A stretch of DNA of 64,000 nucleotides from an uncultured Leptolyngbyaceae cyanobacterium (GTDB taxonomy: Bacteria; Cyanobacteriota; Cyanobacteriia; Leptolyngbyales; Leptolyngbyaceae), in NCBI GenBank assembly GCA_938023035.1, contig CALIDI010000010.1, positions 13,612 to 77,611 of the forward strand, given 5' to 3'. The notes beneath the pieces were generated by a model. That model searched no databases, was not told the DNA's origin, and worked only from the letters and a program-made list of their open reading frames with translations. Shown here one piece after another: positions 9,320 to 18,800 of this stretch (position 1 is its first letter; every line of letters begins with the position of its first letter). Position numbers and translations under genes: made by a program.

Positions 9320-9757
9320 TCAGACTCCTTTCCGAAACCACCAGCTAAACCGTCGCACGGCTTTTCGTTGTCGGCGCTGACGCTGGCGAATACCCAGAAC
9401 CCCGTATTCTGGAAAGCGTCTTATCGCGTCTGGGTCGTCGTCCGCTTCCGGCGATCTCACGGGGGTAGCGGTTTTTGGGGTCTTATCCGCTGTCATTTTT
9501 TTGCGTTTCCGCTCGATTTCATCGATTGGCTTCCACCAAGACGCAATCATACCAGAGGCGATTCCTGCAATGGCTCCCAAACTAATGCTGAAATAACGCG
9601 GATAGCCCAGCAGCCAGAAGACCAGCATAAAAAAAATCCAGTAAGCAGCACCGGCAGAAATACCAGCAACAGCATCAGGTTTTTGGGCCATAGAATCAAA
9701 CCAGGGAAACAAGGAAATATCTGGAATTTTTTGGGCATATCCAGCCATCTCCAGCAT
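9320..9757 (-). CDS. Hypothetical membrane protein (two TM helices, basic C-terminal tail)
   Basis: Two clear hydrophobic helices (AAYWIFFMLVFWLLGY, LGAIAGIASGMIASWW) followed by a K/R-rich tail. ATG at 9757. The 293-aa plus-strand ORF overlapping it looks like junk. Confidence 0.55.
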   Translation of the reverse strand: MLEMAGYAQKIPDISLFPWFDSMAQKPDAVAGISAGAAYWIFFMLVFWLLGYPRYFSISLGAIAGIASGMIASWWKPIDEIERKRKKMTADKTPKTATPVRSPEADDDPDAIRRFPEYGVLGIRQRQRRQRKAVRRFSWWFRKGV

Positions 9758-9960
9758 ACCCAACTAACTTTCTCAGCTATGGGATACTTCCAAGCACAAA
9801 AAGCCCCCTGGCATTGCCAGAGGGTTCGCACACAACCAAGGAGAAATCATTCCAACTTAGAGAAGCTAAACTTGAAGCAAGTTTAGCTCGGCTGCTTTTC
9901 CAGAGGAGAACGAACGCGCTCGATCGGTACCTGGTTTAGATAGCGACCAGCCCCTTCTAC

Positions 9961-10350
9961 TCACTGAGACTCTGAAGCCGTCGCCATAGGGGCATAAGCT
10001 TCACTCGGCAAAGCCGCGATCGCCAGTTCAGGATACTCTAGAGTTAACTGCTGCCAGGATAGGGGCAACGGCTCCAGTTGCCGCTGCTTGATAAGACGGA
10101 TACAACCCAGCCCCACCCCCATCAGCAAAGTGATTGCCCCTAAACCCTGCTGTTTCACCCGCCAGAAATCAATCTGACCAGTGATAGACGCAGACTTAAC
10201 TGACGAACTTGCAGATGCAGGAGCGCGATTTGAATTCGCAATAAATTTAACTCGAGACGCATTCCCAAGTGGACAAGCATAAGCCGACGTTACCGTAGTG
10301 ATAACTATGACGGGTAGCAAAGCAGCCAGTAGACCACTCAACCTACGCAT
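9961..10350 (-). CDS. Hypothetical exported or membrane protein
   Basis: The ATG at 10350 gives MRRLSGLLAALLPVIVITTVTSAYA, which is signal-peptide-like. There is a second hydrophobic segment (GLGAITLLMGVGLGCI). No family recognised. Confidence 0.5.
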   Translation of the reverse strand: MRRLSGLLAALLPVIVITTVTSAYACPLGNASRVKFIANSNRAPASASSSVKSASITGQIDFWRVKQQGLGAITLLMGVGLGCIRLIKQRQLEPLPLSWQQLTLEYPELAIAALPSEAYAPMATASESQ

Positions 10351-10531
10351 TGCTCTTGCTCCAAGCAGAATTGTGGGAATTATGCGGGACTCACCAGGAT
10401 GAAACAGGCTTCTAGGATACAAAAGAACAAAAACTTGGGTTAGCGTGGTGGTAGCAATCAGTAGCCCATAGAGCAGCGGGTGTAGTTAGTTACTGCCATG
10501 CGTGCGATCGACCACCACCACAGGAGTTGTT

Positions 10532-11518
10532 ATGCCAAGTTATCCCGGTATTTCAAGTGAAGCCTTTCGCCACCCCCTTGACCGCCAAGCCGAGCAAACG
10601 CTGCGAAGTGTCCCAGGGTTCAACTTGGTTGCCCGCAAATTCGTTGAGTTTTTATCTGAGCGCCCTCGATTTGTTTATCTCATGGGCAACAGCATTCAGG
10701 TAGGGCCACGCCAATATGCCAGCCTCTATCAAATCTTTCGAGAATGCCTGCGAGATCTCGACATTTATCCCGAACCAGACTTATTCGTTTCTCAAAACCC
10801 TCTGGTCAATGCCTTTGCCCTAGGGCAAGAGCGCCCTAGCATTACCCTCAACACGGGTTTACTGGATTTGATGAATGAAGCAGAGCTACGGTCAGTCATT
10901 GCCCACGAGTTAGGTCATATCAAATGTGGCCACACCACCTTGAGTCAGATGGCGATTTGGGCCACAACAGCCGTATCAGGCCTGGCAGAAATGACCTTTG
11001 GCCTGAGCAGTTTTGTCACCACCGGGTTGTTGATGGCGTTCTATGAGTGGTTGCGCAAAGCCGAGTTGTCTGCCGATCGCGCGGCCCTGCTGGTGATGGA
11101 TGATACCAATCCGGTGCTGCACAGCATGATGCGCATGGCCGGAGGGAGCAGCAAACATGCCCATGAAATCAATCTAGAGGAATTTATTCGCCAGTCTGAG
11201 CGCTACCAGCAACTTGATCAGGATGGCCTCAATCAGGTTTACAAGTTCTTTCTCTACAACAACATCTCAACCGGCATCTTTCTGACCCATCCATTTACGG
11301 TCGAACGCGCAATTTACCTGCGCGAGTGGAGTGATTCGCAAGAGTATCGCCAGATCCGTCGAGGCGACTATCAGCGGGCCGATGCGGAAGGTTCGGTCGA
11401 TGTCACACCAGAGCCGGAAAATCCGCCAAGCCCACCCCCAACCGATGTGGATCAGCTGCGTCAGAAAATTGAGGCGCTCCAGCAGGAAATTGATCGGATT
11501 AAGCGATCGCAGTCCTAA
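10532..11518 (+). CDS. M48-family zinc metallopeptidase
   Basis: HExxH motif in VIAHELGHIKCGH, with hydrophobic segments after it as in M48/HtpX-like enzymes. The ATG at 10532 is preceded by CAGGAG. The C-terminal tail is coiled-coil-like. Confidence 0.8.
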   Translation: MPSYPGISSEAFRHPLDRQAEQTLRSVPGFNLVARKFVEFLSERPRFVYLMGNSIQVGPRQYASLYQIFRECLRDLDIYPEPDLFVSQNPLVNAFALGQERPSITLNTGLLDLMNEAELRSVIAHELGHIKCGHTTLSQMAIWATTAVSGLAEMTFGLSSFVTTGLLMAFYEWLRKAELSADRAALLVMDDTNPVLHSMMRMAGGSSKHAHEINLEEFIRQSERYQQLDQDGLNQVYKFFLYNNISTGIFLTHPFTVERAIYLREWSDSQEYRQIRRGDYQRADAEGSVDVTPEPENPPSPPPTDVDQLRQKIEALQQEIDRIKRSQS

Positions 11519-11698
11519 TTTTTTGCAGAAAGCTGCCAACACCTTGGCAAAAATCACCCTGAGGTAGCTTCTGCCTGGCATGAAGGTAAAGGTAGGTAGG
11601 GTCGATAGCACCGCCTCGGTAACGCCTAAACCCCGGCGAGAATCATGTCCGGTAGCCTGTGCTCACGTCCTATTTTGCCGCTCTCAGGAGTCTCCCCG

Positions 11699-12085
11699 AT
11701 GCAGGAAAAATATCAGTTAATTGCCATGACCCTTGCCAGTACTGCCCTGTTAGCCACTGGAGCAGCACTGGCAGACGGTTCCTATGGGGCGATCGCCCTT
11801 TCTCCCCAAACAGGGCACTATGCCATTGTTGTCAATCGAACCAGTCGAGCTGCCGCTGAAAGAGATGCTCGCAGTCGTTGTCAAGCCGCCCATTGCAGAA
11901 CAACACTCGTGTTTAGAAATGCCTGCGGTGCAATTGTCCGCAAAGGGAACATGCTGGTTGCCGCCAGTGGTAGAGATCGACAAACAACCCTTGCAGAGGC
12001 CCTGAAAAGAACGGGCAAAGAAGCTAAAGTCGTTACCTGGGAATGCTCTAAAGGAGCAAAACTAAGCGCAAACCGCCGCCATTAA
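11699..12085 (+). CDS. Secreted DUF4189-like protein
   Basis: The ATG at 11699 is preceded by CAGGAG. Signal peptide MQEKYQLIAMTLASTALLATGAALA, then YGAIALSPQTGHYAIVVNRTSRAAAERDARSRC...C..TLVFRNACGAI, the DUF4189 pattern as I recall it. Confidence 0.6.
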   Translation: MQEKYQLIAMTLASTALLATGAALADGSYGAIALSPQTGHYAIVVNRTSRAAAERDARSRCQAAHCRTTLVFRNACGAIVRKGNMLVAASGRDRQTTLAEALKRTGKEAKVVTWECSKGAKLSANRRH

Positions 12086-12415
12086 AGCCGCGATCGCCGG
12101 AGTTCGATCTATTCGATCTAGCAGTACAAGCTAAGCCTAGGTTAAGGCCCAGGGGTTGCCACATAAAAGAATCCCCCCAGGTGAGCCAGTGTGATAAACG
12201 TAACGATGCGTGCCCTGCCAAACGCATCCTGCCATTTTCTTCCTCTCTGGAGTCGCACCTCTACCACATCCCCCATTGGCACAGCAATCAACCCAGGCCC
12301 ATTCAAACCGCCCACATCTCATCCCTGAACAGCCTGCATTCCTGCGACTCAGAGCAATGACGGGACTTTGCCCGTACACGAGTTTCAAACATTCCTCAAG
12401 CCTAATCGGCAACAC

Positions 12416-12727
12416 CTAGTCAGAATTAGCCTCTGGATGCCGGTTGGGAATCTGCTCCGCCTCTGGACAGTCTTCCGAAACCATAGGCTCGACATTTCCC
12501 TTAGGAACTGAAGCCAACTTCTGAGTAACAGCACCAATACTCTCTAAGCGCACCATCTCTTCCCAAGAACAGGTTTCATCTTCTTCCTCAGCTTCGTAAC
12601 GTAACGTCACCAAGTCCCCTTCAATATCGAGGATACGTGCCCGCTCAATCCAGCGCTGCTGGTCGCGTAGGAAGATCCAAACTTCCCGTCCGTCGCAGCA
12701 GAATTGATAGAGCTTGCGGTGTAGCAT
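12416..12727 (-). CDS. Small conserved hypothetical protein
   Basis: The ATG at 12727 is preceded by AGGAGAAGGA. 103 aa with an acidic core (RYEAEEEDETCSWEEM). No motif recognised. Confidence 0.55.
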   Translation of the reverse strand: MLHRKLYQFCCDGREVWIFLRDQQRWIERARILDIEGDLVTLRYEAEEEDETCSWEEMVRLESIGAVTQKLASVPKGNVEPMVSEDCPEAEQIPNRHPEANSD

Positions 12728-13386
12728 GGTCCTTCTCCTATGGGAAAAATCGGTCAACTGGCTCAATGAACTAAACCACGATCAACGAAAGTCGATCAAT
12801 GAAAGCCAACACACCTCTTGGTTGTCACAAAAGCATCGAATACAGGAATTACCCTCAACGAACCCTGGATGAAGGCCAGAAGCTACCTCCATAGCAGACT
12901 TGCTTTTAGCGTACCAAAACCTTGGCACTAAGGTTAACAAAGGTAACGCCAGAATAAAAGTGGTAAAAAGCTGAATACCGCTAGAGTTCTCCCAAACGGG
13001 AAAGAAAGAATGTTTCAATTCCATCACAATTTGGTCAATAAAAATGCGCCTAAAACCGAAAAACAGAAGAATTTTAGGTTGCAGGGAAATAATATTTTTT
13101 CTCGGTTAGTCAGGCAAGCGGCAAGGATGACGGGCTGAGTCAGCAATATCATTATGTGCTTGGCTCTCTACTAGCAGCGAGGCTCAATCCATACTAAGCC
13201 AGTATTAGCAACCTGAAGCTTGTAATCCAGACTCTTAAGATCAGATTGTACCACTATTTTAGCGGCTGTTCAGCAAAGTGGGGGTAGAGCAAAATCAAGG
13301 GGATCTTTGGGCATCGCCAATAAAGAACGCTAGGAAACGCTAGGATAGGACTCTAAATTTGACTTGATCGAGCAAGGACGAAGGGA

Positions 13387-14133
13387 ATGCAGTTGCACCT
13401 ATGCACCTGGTTAGAAGTTGAAGCCTATTTGCAACGGTCTCACGGTATCATCTTACCCATTGGCTCGACTGAGCAGCACGGGCCAACGGGGTTGATTGGC
13501 ACTGATGCCATTTGCGCCGAGGCGATCGCCACAGCTGTTGGCGACTCCACTCAGGCTCTGGTAGCCCCTACGATCAACGTTGGCATGGCTCTACACCACA
13601 CTGCTTTCCCTGGCAGCATCAGCCTGCGCCCTAGCACTTTAATTGGGGTAATTTGCGACTACTTAACAACACTAGCGCGAGCTGGTTTTACCCGCTTTTT
13701 CTTTATTAATGGGCACGGGGGAAATGTTGCAACCCTAAAGGCCGCTTTTTCAGAAGTCTATGCACATTTAGCAGACCTGGGTATTCCCCAGGCCGACCAA
13801 GTACGTTGTCAGGTGAGTAATTGGTATATGTGTGCATCGGTTCACAAGCTGGCACAGGAGCTTTATGGCGAGGCCGAAGGCTGCCATGCAACTCCTAGTG
13901 AAGTGGCCGTCACCCAGTACATTTATCCTCAGGCCATCAAACAAGCCCCGCTCAACCCAACCGTGTCTCAAGACCACCGCATCTACAGTGCTGCCGACTT
14001 TCGTCGGCGCTACCCAGATGGGCGGATGGGGTCAAATCCTGCCCTGGCCACTCCAGAACAGGGAAAGCAGTTTTTAGAGTTAGCGGTTAAAGAACTGAGC
14101 CACCGTTATCTAGAGTTTCTCGCTAGTGAATAA
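13387..14133 (+). CDS. Creatininase-family amidohydrolase
   Basis: LPIGSTEQHGP near the N-terminus and FFINGHGGN match the signatures of the creatininase / MftE / ArfB family. Confidence 0.8.
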   Translation: MQLHLCTWLEVEAYLQRSHGIILPIGSTEQHGPTGLIGTDAICAEAIATAVGDSTQALVAPTINVGMALHHTAFPGSISLRPSTLIGVICDYLTTLARAGFTRFFFINGHGGNVATLKAAFSEVYAHLADLGIPQADQVRCQVSNWYMCASVHKLAQELYGEAEGCHATPSEVAVTQYIYPQAIKQAPLNPTVSQDHRIYSAADFRRRYPDGRMGSNPALATPEQGKQFLELAVKELSHRYLEFLASE

Positions 14134-14216
14134 GGCGGATTCGTTGGCTGAGGTTCCCGTTTCCAGGTACTCTGAATTTATTAGGCGATTAGATTTGTCA
14201 GCAAAATAGGAATGGC

Positions 14217-15521
14217 ATGACAAAAGTCTCTCAAACCAACTCTATGGGCTGGGTTAGCGCTCTTTCCACTCGTGCTTCTTTAGAAGCCTGTGTGACGGAG
14301 GTCGCCGAGCAAGCGCAGGCCAAGTTGGGAGTGCCGCCTGATTTAGGTTTTGTCTTCATTTCTACTGCATTTGCCAGTGAGTTTTCCCGGCTGTTGCCGC
14401 TGTTAGAAGAGCGTTTACCGGGGGTTGTGCTGGTGGGGTGTAGTGGTAGTGGCGTGATTGGCATGGAGCAGTTAGACCAAGCCAGCGAAATAGAGGCGGA
14501 TGAACCAGCTATTAGTTTAACTCTGGCTTCTCTACCGGGGGTGCAGATTCAGCCCTTTTTTATTGAAACCGATGAATTGCCAGACATGGATAGCTCGCCA
14601 GACGCCTGGTTTGAGGCGATTGGTGTATCTCCAGAGGTCAATCCTCACTTTGTTTTGCTAGCAGACCCCTTTGCTGGGCGCATTAATGATCTCTTGCAGG
14701 GGCTAGATTACGCCTATCCAAAGGCGGTCAAGGTGGGGGGGCTAGCCAGTGGAGGAGCCTCTGGCAACAGTGTGGGGTTATTTTGCAAGGGTGAATTGGA
14801 GCGGGATGGGGTTGTTGGGGTAGCTCTGAGTGGCAATATTGTGCTAGAGAGTATTGTGGCGCAGGGATGTCGCCCAATTGGCCAACCCTATCGTGTGGTG
14901 GAGAGCGAGCGCAATGTTGTGATTCTGGTGCAGGAGCAGGTGGCTACTGAAGCAGGGGGGCTGAGTAGCGACCCGCGCGATCGCCCACTCAGTCGTGGTG
15001 AAGCCAAGCAGTGCACCCCCTTGGAAGTATTGCAAGATTTAATTCAAGATCTCAATGACCAGGATCGAGAACTCGCTCAGCAAAATTATTTGTTTGTGGG
15101 GGTGGCTCAGAATGAGTTTAAGACCCAGCTCGAGCAGGGAGATTTCCTAATTCGGAACTTGTTAGGGGTTGACCCGCGTGTGGGAGCGATCGCGATTGGC
15201 GATCGCATTCGCCCTGGGCAAAGAATTCAGTTTCATTTACGCGATGCCCGTACCTCTGCAGAAGATTTGGAGATGCTGCTCAAGCGCTATCAGCAAGGGT
15301 CTCATTCCCACCTTCCCCCAATTGGGGCGCTGATGTTTACCTGCGTTGGGCGGGGCGAGGGGCTATATGACGAACCCGATTTTGACTCGAGCCTGTTTTG
15401 TCGTTACCTGCCGGGCGTGCAACTGGGAGGCTTTTTCTGCAATGGTGAAATTGGCCCAGTGGGGAACAATACTTTTCTCCACGGCTATACATCTGTCTTT
15501 GGTATTTTTCGACAGCCCTAG
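14217..15521 (+). CDS. FIST-domain sensory protein (FIST_N + FIST_C, no output domain)
   Basis: The C-terminal GALMFTCVGRGEGLY...LGGFFCNGEIGPVGNNTFLHGYTSV is the FIST_C signature. The N-terminal half has the FIST_N layout. Confidence 0.75.
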   Translation: MTKVSQTNSMGWVSALSTRASLEACVTEVAEQAQAKLGVPPDLGFVFISTAFASEFSRLLPLLEERLPGVVLVGCSGSGVIGMEQLDQASEIEADEPAISLTLASLPGVQIQPFFIETDELPDMDSSPDAWFEAIGVSPEVNPHFVLLADPFAGRINDLLQGLDYAYPKAVKVGGLASGGASGNSVGLFCKGELERDGVVGVALSGNIVLESIVAQGCRPIGQPYRVVESERNVVILVQEQVATEAGGLSSDPRDRPLSRGEAKQCTPLEVLQDLIQDLNDQDRELAQQNYLFVGVAQNEFKTQLEQGDFLIRNLLGVDPRVGAIAIGDRIRPGQRIQFHLRDARTSAEDLEMLLKRYQQGSHSHLPPIGALMFTCVGRGEGLYDEPDFDSSLFCRYLPGVQLGGFFCNGEIGPVGNNTFLHGYTSVFGIFRQP

Positions 15522-15710
15522 TCCAACCAGGCAGAGATTTTTGGACTAGTCTTAGCCATTCTCACCCGCCAGACCCTTGGCTCTTGATACTGCTCAAGTA
15601 CCTAATTCTGACTCAGCCTTCTGATTCGCCATGGCTACGCCTCCGATAGCGAAGCTAATACCATTCACCCTTGCCAGTTAACTCGTGCTTTACGCCATAC
15701 GCTTCGAGAG

Positions 15711-15816
15711 CCTGTCACCTTTGCAGACCCTCATCCCTCGCCCCTCTCCCAACCTAGGAGAAAGGCAGCCGAGCCACCTCAAAGTCCCTCTCTCAAATTG
15801 GGAGAGGGATTAGAGC
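15711..15816. repeat. Dispersed short repeat, family 1, copy A (inverted relative to copy B)
   Basis: The reverse complement aligns by eye over ~100 nt with 40083-40197 (shared blocks CTCTCCCAAT, TTTGAG-TGGCTCGGCT, CTGCGAAGGTGAC). It contains the hairpin CCCTCTC-TCAAATTGG-GAGAGGG. It lies between convergent genes. Confidence 0.7.
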
Positions 15817-15869
15817 AATCCGGACATACTAGAAGAGGGTGAAGGCAAGAATGACATGCACTCCACGCT

Positions 15870-18800
15870 TCAGAGCAGTTTTTCTCCTTTTAGCATTCGT
15901 TGAGCAGCATCCAGTAAGGCTTCTTCTAGATAGGGTTTGGTAAAGTAGCCACTGGCCCCCAGGGAAGCGGCCATTTGTCGATGGCGATCAGCTCCACGAG
16001 AAGTTAACATCGCAATGGGAAGATGACTCAGGGTAGGATCTTTTTGAATCCGCGACAGCAAGTCCAGGCCATCCATCCGCGGCATTTCAATGTCGCAGAA
16101 GACAATATCACAGGGCAAACCCGATCTCAGTTTTTCCCAGGCTTCTTGGCCGTCGCGAGCTTGCTCAACCCGATAGCCTACTTTATTGAAGGTCATCGAT
16201 AACAACTCTCGAACGGTAATAGAGTCGTCCACAATCAAGACCATTGGCTCTGTCTTGACAGTTGGGGCCTCTTGGATTGTTGTAATCGCGCCTTTATCCC
16301 AAAGAGATGTGCCCGCATCTTTCCGAATGCGTCCCATGGAGAAGTCGATCAATTCCAACACATCAGCGATGGGCATAATGCGACCATCCCCAAGCACAGT
16401 TGCCCCAGCAACGCCAATGGGCTTTGGTACTGGGCCTTCTAACTGCTTAATCACAATTTCTTGCTCACCCAATACTTGATCGACTTGCAGCGCCAGGTAG
16501 TTACCAGCACTACGCAAAACCACAATCGAAACAATATCGTCCTCTTGGTGGCCGCCATACACTGTGCCTCGGCTGAGGTGACGATTGTAGGTTAGCAGTT
16601 CGCTGAGGGGGCGCAGTGGCAGGATAGTATCCCGCCAGGCGATACACTGCTGACCTTCTTCGTTGACTTGCACACGCCCTTTAGGAAGGTCAAGCATATC
16701 CTCAACCCCATCCATAGGAAAGGCGATGCGGGCGCGATCGCTAATACAGCAAAGCGCTTTGGAGATACTAAGGGTAAGGGGTAAGCGAATGGTAAACGAC
16801 GTCCCCTTACCTGGAGTGGAATCCGTATTAATCACCCCGCGAATTTCGCTAAGGCTGGTGCGCACCACATCCATCCCCACACCGCGACCGCTAAACTCAC
16901 TCACCTGATCTGCGGTGCTAAAGCCCGGGTGAAAGAGCAGGTCGTAAACATCTAGGCGGGTAAGGCTTTGGGCTTCTGCGGCAGAGATGAGGCCTTTCTC
17001 AATCGCTTTTTGCTTGACGCGCTCGGTATCAATGCCAGCGCCGTCATCAGATACAGAGATCACCGTTTGGTTGCCCTGGTGAAAGGCGCGCACAGTAATG
17101 CGGCCAATCGCTGATTTGCCAACGCTCTGACGAATCTCAGGTGACTCAATTCCATGGGTGAGGGCGTTGTTGACTAGGTGGGTGAGAGGGTCGTAGAGCT
17201 TTTCCAGGATCATTTTGTCAATTAGGGTTTCTCGCCCTTCAATGATGAGTTCTGCCTGTTTACCCACCTTGATGGAAATATCACGAACTGCTCGCGGTAG
17301 GCGGTCAGCCGTCTGCGCGAAGGGCATCATACGCGATCGCGTTAGCCCTTCTTGCAGTTGGGTCGTCACCTGGCGGAACATGCGTGTGACCTGATCTGTC
17401 TCATCGACAATAAAACCAATGTCAGATGACGATTCACGGACTCGCACGATTAACTCGATCATCTCCTGGGACAAACTATGAAACCTAGTAAACCGATCCA
17501 TTTCTAGGGGATCGTATTCCACTTCGTCACCCTTATCGGAGGCGCTATCTGCTCCTATAACGCTTAGGCCTAGGCTAGAAGCAATCCGATCACGGTGCTT
17601 TTGCCGACTCGCCAGTAAGGAGCTTTCCAGCAGCGATCGCTCATAAAGATCCTGCATCCGCTGCCCTACATCACTCAGTTTTTGCACCTGATAAAGAAGA
17701 TTATCCAGAGATTGGCGCAACCGCTCCTGATCCTGCTCCAGGCTATTCCGGTTAACCACCAATTCCCCGACCAGATTGCTCAGGTTATCCAGATGCTTAA
17801 CAGGTACGCGCATAGTCTGCTCACCCTGGGGCCGGGCCGGACGGCTGGGGCGCGCTGGACTACCACGCAGGCTTTTGACAGAAGCAGAGCCGCCCATTTT
17901 TTCTTCGGCATCACGCAGGAGATCATCAAGTTCATCAAAGTCTCGGTCAGAGCTTGTTGCAGAGACTTCAGGCTGTTCATCTGCTTCCGGCTGCAATAAT
18001 GCTTCTAGATCGGCAAAAGCATCCAGGTCTTGGTGGCTGTCAACAGAGGGTTGTACTGCAGCCGCAAGTTGCGCATCATCAGCCAACAGGCTCTCGAGGT
18101 CAGCAAAGCTATCATCAATAGAAGATGTCTCTTCTGTTTCACTAGTTGCGTCTTCTAAGTCAAATAAGTGATGACCATTTAAGTCGTTATCTTCCAGGAA
18201 ATCATTCAACTCTCCAGAAATGTCAGAGGTGCCAAGCGTATCCGTTAAATCTTCAGAAGAGGCTGCCAAAAGATTATCCAGGTCATTAAGCTCTGAATCT
18301 TGATCGCGGACGTTTGCCCATTCATCACTGAGCAAATCCTCCAAATCAGCCTCGGCCTCAGCCGCTAGCGCGTTGTCTGAGAGAAGATCCTGATTAGACA
18401 AACTTGGCCAATTGTCTTGATCAGGTTTTTGCTCAGCCTCCATGTCAGCCTTATCTAAGGAACCAACTAAGTCAAACTCTTGATCAAAGTCAAGCATTGA
18501 CGCCTCAGCGCTGGGTTGTCTATCATCATCCCAACTGTCACTGGCACCTAGGGGCAAATCCAACTCGTCAAACTCTAAGTCATTAAAATCAGCTGTTATG
18601 TCAGGTTCAAGGCTGGATGGAGTCGCTTCCCCAAAAGAAGCATCATCATCGGCTCTGTCAGACAGAACCTCCTGCTGAGCGATCGCTGCGTCAGTAAGGA
18701 CATCTAGATCAGGTTCAGAGAAGAGAGCGGACTCAGAGGCCGCCTCGTTTAAGTCAAAGGAACTCGAACTTTCCTCATCCTGCGGTGCAGCCAAATCAAA

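Noticed and set aside
9005-9886. 293-aa plus-strand ORF
   Set aside because: It reads through a dispersed repeat copy and the antisense of a clear two-TM protein gene. Its composition is Cys/His/Arg/Ser-rich and domain-free. I preferred the minus-strand membrane protein at 9320-9757.
12782-13027. 81-aa minus-strand ORF with one hydrophobic segment in the 620-nt gap before the creatininase-family gene
   Set aside because: No RBS or family evidence, and it is Cys-rich with an odd C-terminus. It could be real, but I cannot support it from sequence alone.
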